A DNA stretch of 64,000 nt. Origin: Takakia lepidozioides. Its lineage: Eukaryota; Plantae; Bryophyta. The first letter of the stretch is position 1. Every line of letters begins with the position of its first letter. The DNA is taken from NCBI GenBank assembly GCA_030704615.1, contig CM060732.1, positions 51,212,001 to 51,276,000 of the forward strand. The letters are read 5' to 3'. Shown here piece by piece: positions 1 through 10,944 of the stretch. The notes beneath the pieces were generated by a model. That model was not told where the DNA came from, made no database searches, and saw only the letters and a list, made by a program, of their open reading frames with translations. The position numbers and the translations under genes are program-made.

Positions 1-2109
1 CAGGAAAAGCCAGGAAGTTTTCTTGGTTAGAATTTGTCCATAGTGGAAGGAGCTAATCACTGTAATATGCAGGTAGCAAATGCCATGAGAGTTGACTCCT
101 TCCACTAAGGATACATAAATGATCAAAGGTGATAGACTGTTATATTAAGGAAAATTTCTGGCCATTTTCTGCATCTAGAGATGTTTAATGAAGCATTCAC
201 AACAGGATATGCAGGTACTAGATGCAAAGTATGAAACTTTTCAGCGGGGATATGCAAGAAAAATATAGTATAGAAATAAAAAAAGTAACAGAATAATCTT
301 ACTGGACACTCTACAATATGGATTCCAAATGAATTCGGGTATGGAGATGGTAGGATGGAACAGAGGAGAGATTATCAAGTGGAAGACGGGGAGAGGCTAC
401 CGCTAAAACCAAGACAACAAAGGTGTTCAAGAAAAAGTGTCAAGACTAGAGTAGCAAAGGAGGTATACCGCTGTTTAAGCACGTAGGAAGAGAAGTCGCT
501 GTATAACAAGAAAATCAGAGAATAACAGCTACTATCACTCGAGAAAAGAAGGTGAGAAGAAAACAAGATATGGTAGGGGAACCAAGAATAGCAGACACGA
601 CACGAACAACAGCAAAGAAAAACGTCATTGCAATCAAGCGGAAACGGAGTGTACAGGTCAGTGGTGACAAACTCCAATGCACAAAACAGAGGAGATGACA
701 CGGATAACAAACTCAACCTGTACAACAGAGGTCTGAACAACCATAGAAGCAATCGAAGAAAGCACCAAATACTTCTACAAAACGTCTATTCCAATTACAG
801 CAAGAGTCTAAGGAAGCGTTAAGGCCCGGAACCAGACCACAGCAATCAGGGACTAGAAAAGTTCTCTGTCGAGGCAACAGAAAACTTCGACAACTACGGT
901 ATGTAAGCTGACCAAAAAATACAGACTGAATGACATGGCATGTCACGACGTCCCAGATTTACACTTAGTTTTGCACAGCTAGCAACCCCGCTATGGGGTC
1001 TCTAAGGTGCGATAGGCACCGCAACCAGAGTTCATCAAATATGGAGCGACGAAGAATTCAAAAGTTTAAGTTTGAACAGAGGGGACGGGTCGACCGTTGT
1101 CGCCCGCCTGAAGGTCCAGCGTCCAGGAAGTCGGTGAAACAGAGCGGGCTGTGTCAGGAGCTGGCGTTGTTTTCTCTCCAAAACACTTTGCTCGCAGGCA
1201 CAGGCTATGGAGCAGGGTTTGTTAGGCTACTAGTATGAATACTCTGGAGACGATGATGAAAGCTCCAGGCTTTCTCTCTCCCTAATCTCTCACAATACGG
1301 CTATGGGACTTGTTTTCTCTTGTTTTTCCTGACCCTTCCAAGATGATCGTCGCACAAAATGCAAGAGCAATTTCGCAGCCAAGGCCCCCGTCTGCGTCTG
1401 CCGTGCGTCGCAGCCACGCAAGGCTGCACTGTATTGAGCGTTACTTACCCCACTCGCTCGCTCTCTTTGTTTGCGATTCCAGTAATCTTGGTGTGTAGCC
1501 TACTAGGTTGGAGCGTGGGGGAAAAACAATTGCATGCAACAACGCTGAAGAAAGGTAAAACATATGCATTCCTTTGTAGCCAGTGTAAGAAAGGATCACC
1601 ACGATTTGAGCCTGGGATCGCTTGGCTGGCACATACTACGTCATGCCGTATCCAGTCACGTGAACTTCCATTTTTCCTCTTCTTTTCTTTAATTAGTAAC
1701 ATCAATTTCAAAAATCCGAGGAGTCACATGGGCAGTGGGGTACGGTTCCCTTTCTTTATTTCTTTTCTAATTTTCAAAAGGGCTTTTCCTCCTAATAATC
1801 CCAGATAAAGTCTACAAGGGTCGGTCCCCTTCAATTTAATATGTATATATATATATAAGGGCAACACTCATAGGTGGTTATTTTTTCCACCTTCTGGAGA
1901 CTGGGCTCCGTTCCCCTTTTTGGAAAAATAATAATAAAAGTAAAAACGTGAATAAAGTTGCTCTATAATTTTCAGTAATAATAATTAATTAAAAAAGGGC
2001 AGCACCTCCCGGACCGTACTGAAAATAACCTCTTTCAAAGTAACCTCGCTGACGTGCCAAGCACGAGGCCCAAAGGGACGATGCCCCCGCAAAGGGAGAA
2101 AATTATACT

Positions 2110-2170
2110 TAGCAGTATTTGAACCCAGCATCACCTGGGTGGCAGCAGGGCACTATCCTACTGAACTACC
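2110..2170 (-). repeat. Degenerate tRNA(Gly)-like / SINE-head-like sequence
   Basis: The reverse strand reads GGTAGTTCAGTAGG...CTGCCAC...GGGTTCAAAT, giving A-box and B-box-like motifs and a GCC anticodon context. The stems are imperfect, so this is not a functional tRNA call. Confidence 0.3.
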
Positions 2171-2896
2171 GACAGGGACATGACTCACATTTCTGCAGCA
2201 AGAAGTTCTTATAGAAAAGTTATGTTTTCCAGTTGAGTGAAGCTAACTTTTTCCATCTAGGAGTGTCCGCAATGATAGTGTATCATTCAAGGGGGTAGTT
2301 TTTTTTTTTTTTTTTTTTCAAGGGGGTAGTTTGCTAGTAGATGCAGCTTTGCCAGAAGCATGGAGCACGCCAATAGAAAATCTTTAGGAAAAAACGGGAA
2401 AATTGAAGCCTCAAAGTCATAGCCATTCTCATAACTATTATTACTATAATCATCAAGGAGCGTTTGCAATTGAAATGGACCTCATTGTATGCGTCCATCA
2501 TTACAAAAAATATATACCTATGTGACAGCGGGATACCAATCGGTGGATTGAACCCACAACCGCTTCCGAGGTGGTACGTGCCCATTACGTTACACGGCTA
2601 CAACTTGGTTGTCCCATCATTACATTTAGTGTGTTTGTGGACAACAATGGCACTGGTAGTACTAGGAGTGCTTCCCAGTAAAAGGGTATTCAACTTCATA
2701 TGTCATAGTGCAACACTCAAATTCAAACATTGTGATTGAAAGAATCCTTGCTAATACCAAACACAATAACATCTTTTCACCAATAATCAAGTTCTTGAGA
2801 TACTGCATTTATGAAATCATACAACCGTCCAAGCTTTTTTTTAAACTAAGCTTCTAAAGCTCCTATCCCTTTTTCGGTTGCCCCAACCTATAAACC

Positions 2897-3696
2897 CTAA
2901 AATATATTGAACATTGTCTCCTCTGGGGCCACATCAGGCACTTTGCCAAGGGGCCGAAAAATATTGAAGGCAGAAATCGCAGCTACAAATCCAACAACAA
3001 GAAAAGCAGCCATGCCCGTTGCAATCGACATCTCCACCTTATGGCAAAATTCCCCATAAAAGATGCAAATTGGTAACCACTCTGCAGTTGGTACCCCTTC
3101 TTTGGCAATATATCCAATTTCGGCAGAGGCCATTCCGCTTGCGAGAAGCAAGTATGCTGTCAATTGATCCAATACAAATGTCACAACTTGGACACTTTGA
3201 GCGAGTGATGTACCTCGTCTTGCCCCCAAACTCAATATTGAAAATAGTTGTTGCACAAAGGTGTATCCAGCCACGACAGTGTTGATATAGAAATGGAATC
3301 TGCATTGCCCCATGTAAGATTAGTAGATACTTATGAGTCACTACTCACGGACAAACATACAATCATTATATTAAATTACATAACGAATCATAATCCAGAC
3401 AAAGTCATATGCACACAAATTTAATTCAAACAATTTGATGACTTTCAAGACGTAAAGGTGAGGGAAAATAATACTCACTTAAGTGGCAAGACGGCGGTGT
3501 ACTTAGCCTCTCTCTCCACAAATGTCAATTCAAGTGAGGTGGGTCCGGGCACCAGTTGAGGTACAAATGCACTCTGCTCTGATGTGGCCATGTTATATGC
3601 AGCTATTGTAGTCAATACAAGAGCAGCTAGTCGCAACGTAAATTGCAACACTTCCACCCATGTCACCTCACTCCTAAAATTTGTTTTGATAGCCAT
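2897..3696 (-). CDS. CASP-like protein (CASPL/DUF588 family), 2 exons: 3696-3479 and 3299-2897, about 206 aa
   Basis: Exon 1 reads LQFTLRLAALVLTTIAAYNMATSEQ...EAKYT. Exon 2 reads FVLDQLTAYLLLASGMASAEIGYIAKEG...WLPICIFYGEFCHKV, with typical CASPL transmembrane and extracellular-loop motifs. The GT-AG intron 3478-3300 joins them in frame (K-FHFY). Confidence 0.9.
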
Positions 3697-4298
3697 TAGA
3701 TGAATTGCCAAACTACTTCCACAAAGGTATAGATTTATGACCCTATGTGCGTGACGACTGGAACACTCGCTAGAGATAAAAACGTCGAACTAAAAACTTG
3801 AGAATAGACTCAGGAAGTAGCTCAAGGGAAGATACGTAGGACACAAACAGAATTGTGAGAGACTGGTTGTTGTGGATGAGCTTATATACCACTTACCCCA
3901 TACTTTTCTTCCTAAATTTGCCTGTCTCAACGTTTCAGTTGTGCCCGACCTACTAATTCAAGATATCTTTTGCCTCTCCTTTTCTTTTTTATAAATAAAG
4001 GGGATGAAACCCGTCCTCTTTTTGAAAAAGAAGAAGAAAAGCATCTCCTTTTCCTTGGGAGTGCTGTTTCTTTGTTTTAGCAGGAAAACTTCCATTCTCC
4101 GGTGGTTCATCCATCCATTCATGGTGACAATAGAGTGGTAATCATCCAAGCTTTCAGTTTCATTCCTAGCATACCAGCTTCAGGCTTCTCCTTCGGAACC
4201 TGGAAGGAGAGCGCGAGTGGCAGCATCGATCGCAGGCTATCTTGTCTCTCATGCCTCACATCGATCCCTGCATTCCGAGCTGACTGATCTGGAGGGTC

Positions 4299-5500
4299 TT
4301 GGGGATGAAGGAGCTTATCAAACGGGGAGGAAGGTCTGTTGGGTCAGGGGAAGCCATCGCAGCTGCAGCGACAACTCTAATGCATGCGCTGTTGGCAGAC
4401 TCCCTGCAATCCCCGCTTCTCAAGCATCCGTGTTCTCGGTTGTTTTCTTTCACTAGCGCGAGGGGAATCTATCAGAATGCTGGTTATGCTACCTCCCATG
4501 ACACCCCCTGTCATGGGAATGAGAGACGGCACACATTGAGATCACCAGCTTTAGTTTTTCCACCACCGTCAGCTGATGACCGTAATTCTGTTTTGTCCGT
4601 AGGACCCTCGTCTCCAAGTGTTTTTGCTTCCAGATTGTCAGCTCTCCTCAGTTCTAGGTTTCGAGATTCGGGGTTTAAGCGTAAAGCCCTAGGCAACGGT
4701 TGGGACCTGGATAGGGTTATGAGTTACCTTAGAATTTCACAGACTTATGCATTTCAGTGTTCGTCGAGAGGAGTTTCAACAGGAGTGTCCTCCCTGGCGT
4801 TTGCGGAGCGCAGTGTAACGTCAGGAGAAGTTGAAGAGGATCGGGAACAGCTAACAGATCGGGAGGTGGTGTTGAATTTCTTGCACAGCCAGGGCATTGA
4901 TATCAGTGAACTGGAAGGTGTGGAGCTCCCGAAAGATCTGGAGGATGTGAAAGATCGCGTTGAATTCCTGAAGAAAATCGGTCTCACAATAGGAGACATC
5001 GACGCATATCCCCTAATGGTTGGTTGCAGTGTAAAGAAAAACCTCATTCCCGTTCTTGGGTACTTGGAATCTCTGAAAATCACTACAAAATCTGTTCCCT
5101 TTCTCATACGGAAGTACCCACAGATATTGCAGACCAGTGTGGTTATTGATTTAAAACCAGTTGTGAGGTACCTGCAGGGCCTGGGTATTGAGGCGAAGCA
5201 GATCGGTAGTGTGTTGTCGCGATATCCAGAGGTTTTGGGTTTCCGGATCGAAGGAACTACGAGTACTTCAATTGCTTATCTCGTTATGATTGGTGTGAAT
5301 ACTAGAGAGATAGGCCCCATCCTAACAGAGAAGCCTGATATTCTGGGTATGCATGTCGGCAACAACATCAAACCAAAGGTTGACCACCTCACGAGCTTGG
5401 GAATTCCAAGGACAATCGTTGCAAAGATGATCGAAAATTGACCTAGCTGACCAAGCCTGGTGTTGAGAGCTTGCTGGAAGTAAGGGTGGGAAAGGAGGCA
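4299..5500 (+). pseudogene. 3'-truncated duplicate of the MTERF4-like gene at 36592-38439
   Basis: Near-identical to about 36290-37810, including the upstream region from about 4030. A deletion after KMIEN gives a stop at 5441, and similarity ends near 5500. Confidence 0.9.
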
Positions 5501-8500
5501 ATTCGGAAAAGTCCTTCAGGTCCAGGTAATTTCCCAAAACCGTGTGACAAGATGAAGGCCATACATGAAGTTTTTGAACAAATACTGCAAGTAGCATGTG
5601 AAAATGATGTACTGCAGGACCATGTCTTGTCAGACTTGAAAGCTCTTAGAGGCAAACAACAAGACATGATATAAGCTAGAGGCATTACAAATATACAACA
5701 CCCAATAGCACCAACACTTTTCCTTGTGGCAGAGGATGGTGACAAGCGACTGAAACATCATAGAGGCATTCTTGAGGGGATTGCACCCGAGACCACCAAT
5801 CGGCAGGAATGGGCTCGTAAGCGCATTCTCATATAGGCTAGACATATGTCCTTCGTAATGCTAGCTTCTGTATTGCATGCACATGGACGTTGATCAATAG
5901 TGTTAGAGGTATGTTTAGTACACCAAAACATGTGTTTTCTGTTCTGCTTTGAGATTTGTATTTTCATGATAAAAATGGAGATTTCATTGAGTTCAACACA
6001 TGTACATGCACGCAATGTAGATTGAATGTTGCATGAAAGGTGCAAGCTCTAAGCTCTAAGCTCCAAGCTCTATTCAATGATTAATGACAGACTAGGATAA
6101 TAGTGTGGACAAAACAACGCAGTACTGATAAAGAGTATGTCAAAAATTCAGACAATCCTTGTGAATCATCATTCAATCCATATGAATAAACTATACCTGG
6201 GAACGCTTGAATGTGCTGACTTCATGGTGCGTGCAACCACGAACATTAATCATGCTGAGAATCCCGAGTTAACACGTCAACATACCAAACACAACCCTTT
6301 CAAATGCCATGGCTCTCAAGAGCCCTACACTATGGGCTTGATTGTTGCACAAAAGCAGAACAAGAAGAGCATCAGAGCAGGAAGAGAGCACAAGGAACAA
6401 ACGTGTGAGCTGCCTCTTGCGAAGACCCAAACTCACTAATATCTTTTGTCCGGCCCTACACCCGCCTGTCATATGACTGACTGTCTCACCGGCAGATAGA
6501 CGATGCTCTCACTTGGTCGGCTCCTATGACTGTTGGTTGTGACAGTGTCCTTGACCTGCCCAACCACCCCTCCCACATAACCCACAATTAGTAAGCTATG
6601 TCTTAGGATGTCTGATTTGACTCGAAGTGCAAGTAGTATCTCTGAGTTTAGAACAAATCTATGCCAGTTTATATCTAGTGTCCAACATATGCCACCACAC
6701 ATATACACAGACAGCTCGGGTGAATGTCCTTACTATGCTATGATACCTAAAATACACAAGAATGCTTAGTTCACTACTGATTACACCCTAGGTGCCACCA
6801 AGTTTGGAGAATCACACAAAGTGTTATTGTGTATGAAAAGTGAAATATTAACTGTGACGCAGGTGTGGCCTTCCCTATTTCAAGTCCTAACAAACAAGCA
6901 ACAATTCAGCTAAGATTACCTTACATGTCATGCTTACAGGAGGAGGAAAATGGGGGGTTATGAATGGAAAAGTAGATAATTTAGTGACAGGGAGACATGC
7001 AAGAAACATTTGACAGCACTTCCACGTGTTCTCCATGGTCCACATCTAATCAATTGAAATCACTTCATGAACGACAGGCCCTAATTTAGAGCCAACTTGG
7101 CCAAAAGTCCAGGAAGTTATATGAATACAACGTTAATGTTATGCCCCCAAGCTCTCATGAGTGATGGAAGGCTGGCGGAGGTTTCTCCTCTGGAATAAAG
7201 GTCACCTACAACCCTTCCTCCCCAAGTCACACATCCATACCTCTCTGTCCAGGTCCATAACATCACAACTACAATAAGCACCTTTCTACAGCTTCATGCC
7301 ACCAAGTTGTACATACTGCTTACAGAACATTCCTAAACTAAAATGTACCAAAAGAACCAGAAACAAGAGAGAGACTGATGAAGGACTCAAGCTTTTCTTG
7401 GTCGACATTGAATTGTTGTTGTGTGCTGACATCAGCCCATCAACAACTCTCTCACAATAGCTGAAACCTGAAACCTATAAGCTATAGTATAAGCTAAAAA
7501 TTACTAGAATTACACTATAGCTGAAACCTTTCACCCATCAGCCCATACAAGTGCCAACAAGTCTCAAGAAGCACTCCCATCCATAACAAGAACTATGGCG
7601 CTGCATTTGGGGAATTGAGAAGTAAGAGAGAAGAGCCTACATTGACTGGCCGCTTGGCAAGATGCTATTGACTCTAATCCAGCAATAGAAGTGCAGGTTC
7701 TATGAAAGATACAGCCATGCCTAAGCTTATTGCAGGAGCTGCTGCTACAAACCAAGATTGTGGTATTTGTGTGTTACCTTGCTTGTTTGCCACTAGAGTG
7801 TGACCTGAGCAGGATTGCGATTGAGACCGATGTTACGAAGGAGGACAACCCAGCCAAACAACATGTGTAGTCAAGCATGAATAATTTCAAATGAAAGTTG
7901 GGTAAGTTGTAAAGACAGAGAACAGCAGTTACATGAGGATGTAGGTATGGATTTCAGTGTGCATAGATAGATTCTAAAGATCATAAACAACGTTGTGACT
8001 GTCAAAGTTCAATGAGAGGTTCGAGCTCCCACGCATTTGCCTTCTCATCGGGCATATTGAACAAGACATTTTCTAAACTAGGATGTGAGCGTAACATTGT
8101 TTGACTTATTGACAGCTTCAACACAAGCTTTGTTAAGGTTGACACATGGTGCATCTCATTGGAACTTTTTACAATGGCAGGTTGGGAATGCCACGGAGCT
8201 ATGTGAAATCATCATTACCGGCTTTTTCCACGGCTTTTTCCACACTTTTTGCTGTGGAATCAGCCGCAGTCCACACCTGCCGTGGGTGTAAGGAACGACT
8301 AGTGCTTTCGGACACCCCGTGGACGGCCTAGCTCTCGGGTGGCCCTATGGAAAAGTCCACGGGTGGCTTTTTCCACGGGAGGCTTTTTCCATGGGTGGGC
8401 TTTTTTCACGGGGTGCATGGTGACATGGCCGATGGCATAGCTGACATGGCAGAGTGTGAAAAAGGCCAGTGTGGCATGTTTCACGGCGGATTTCACACCT

Positions 8501-9559
8501 TGAACAAGCCACTATGCGACACATGTCATATTTCACACCTTTGACAAGTCACTATGCAACACGTGTTCGTTCCTGTGTGGTGGTATACATTAATTAATTA
8601 ATTAGTTGCTTTCCAATATTAAGTTTGAATATTAATGGATTTAATTTATTGTTATTATTATTATTATTATTATTATAGGAAAAATGGACAGTGGCCTAGA
8701 TGAGAACATTATTAAATAACAAAATATTGAAATTATGTTTTTAGAAATTATATTTATTCGCTCAGATACCAAAACAAACCCTTTGCAGGGAAGGAGAGTT
8801 TGCCTTAGTGTCTATGCTGAGTTGCGTCTCCTACTCTCTGTAATCTAATAGACATTCACCTTTTTCCCTCGGTTGTCCCACCCTTGACTGCGGTCAAAAA
8901 AGCATTCATTCCACAGCTTCTCCTCATCTTTGTTACATGTTTCTGGATACTTTCCTATTGTCACTTTGGTAGTATCATATCAAAATCACTCCAAACTATG
9001 TACCATCTACCCATGCAGGTTTCTTTGTAGCTAACCCTCCACAGGGAATCATAAATAATCTGGAGCTTGAAATCTGGCCCTCTTGGATGACACTCTATCC
9101 CTGCTCCTTCAGCTATCCATGCCTCTGCACAGATCATGCATACATCCTTGCATTGCTGTTAGCAGCTGACAATGGCAGCCTAGATTTGTTCCAGCAAACA
9201 CCCAACTCAACTTATCACACTAGTTCATATTCTCAATTGCATCTACAACTCTGTAATCCAAAGGCATTTACCTTCCAAGACGGTTGTCCCAACATTGACT
9301 GGGGTCAAAAAAGTATTCATTCCACAGCTTCTCCTCTCTGTTACCTATTTCTGGATACTTTCCTATTGTTACTTTGGCAGTATCATGTCAAAGTCACTCC
9401 AAACTATCAAAGGTTCATTCAACCAGCTAACTTGCAGAATTCTTAAAACATGAAAATTTAAGGCGATTCTGATAAGAGGGGAAAATAGAGTGAAATGGGT
9501 TGAAGATGGTGCCTTGATTAGCATTGCCTGATTTTATCAATTTTGCCGTTGCTGCTGCG

Positions 9560-9866
9560 GCTTCCAGTTGACCATCTACCCATGCAGGTTTCTTGGAGCT
9601 ATTTTTCCACGGGGAATCACCCCTTCCCGCATCATTGCTCATAGGTCTCCAAAGCCTCCATCCGTGCCCTTGCTGTGCATATCCTGCAATCATCGCACTC
9701 CACGACACCACATCTCGTTCAGCCATACTGTCAAACACTTCCTTTGCATCCTCGATGCACCCACATTTGGCATACATACAGTCCACCAGGGCAGTGTTCA
9801 GAATGACATTGGGTACAATTCCAGATTTGACGATGTCACCATGGACCTCTTTGCCCTTTTCCAGAG
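9560..9866 (-). pseudogene. PLS-class PPR gene relic, interrupted by the MULE (continues at 21234-21370)
   Basis: Reads [37 protein letters not shown]. Removing 9867-21242 restores [35 protein letters not shown]. Confidence 0.85.
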
Positions 9867-9995
9867 CAAGGATGCCTCGGCGTGAGCCTGGTCACGTGAG
9901 CGCAACTGCGCTCACGCCACGTCACCTTGCGCAAATGCCACGTCACGGGGCTCAGTCCACGTCATCACACGTGAAGGCCGCGTCACCACGCGCCC
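9867..9995 (+). repeat. Left TIR and subterminal GCCACGTCA / CTCACGCC motif cluster of the MULE
   Basis: CACGTCA and CGTGAGC repeats; the same motifs recur at 21067-21233. Confidence 0.75.
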
Positions 9996-10074
9996 AGAAA
10001 GAAGTGGAGTGTATTCCCGCGGATTGGCACCCTTTACCGCGGAAACAAGCTGGACGACATAATAAAAGGCATTG

Positions 10075-10430
10075 AATAAAGGATGGATGAATGTACAGTT
10101 GGATGATAAACAGATGGATGAGTGTGAAAAATGTATATAGATGGATGAATGACGGATGGATAAGAGTAAAATGGATGAATGTATAATGGATGTTGAGCAA
10201 TGACAAAAATTCATGACAGGAAGATGCATGACCAAATCTTTTGACGAATGCACAAAGAATATGAAATGAGTGTGGAAGGTTTGTGGGGTGGATTAAAGAG
10301 TACAGAGGATGAATGTACAATGGATGTTGTACAAAGGAAGCTTTCATGAATGGAGCACGCATGAATACAGTGTAGATGAATGCACAATGGATATGAGAAG
10401 AGTCAGGAAGGTTTGTGAGATGGATTCATA
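10075..10430 (+). repeat. Low-complexity tandem array of ATGGATGAAT-like units inside the MULE left arm
   Basis: Many GGATGAAT/ATGGATG repeats are directly visible. Confidence 0.75.
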
Positions 10431-10944
10431 CATATAGCAATTTAAACGAAAGTTGATTCTGTGATTATTATTTGTTCTAAAGGAACAACTACGGTGGAGG
10501 AAGGGGATTCAACGTTTTCCAGATAATATTAAAATGAATATTAAAATAATACAGTTCAGTCTGACTCAGAGTCAGTACAATGTATCCCCTCTTCCTCTGC
10601 ATCTAAGTCTAAGTATTTTAGAACACCGGATCCACACTGGATACACCTACGGCTGGCCACTAAAAAGTTAGGGGATAGGGACTCGGCCGCGTGAAGTGCC
10701 ATTGCTTCGGCATAAACAGGAAGCAGAAAATTGGAAAGGGGGCTGTCGAAAACAGACTCGCCAGAAATGACTGTATCTCCTGAAGATCCACCGCTGCCTT
10801 TCCTGAAAGACAGCCTGAAATTTGTATGGAACAGATCCATTTCTTGGGCCATCTGCTCACTGAATTTCTAACTTCCCATCCATGATAACCGACGGGAGTT
10901 TGTTATCGAGAAATTGAGTATGACTCCCAAAGAGGGTTTAGCAC

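Noticed and set aside
300-1500. Possible LTR-retrotransposon end (TGTCAC at 941, gag-leader-like sequence)
   Set aside because: No second LTR, clear PBS/PPT or recognisable coding domain within the window.
10556-10852. 98-aa ORF downstream of the accessory gene
   Set aside because: Could be an alternative terminal exon (a GTAAGT donor lies near 10948), but there is no motif or phase evidence to support it.
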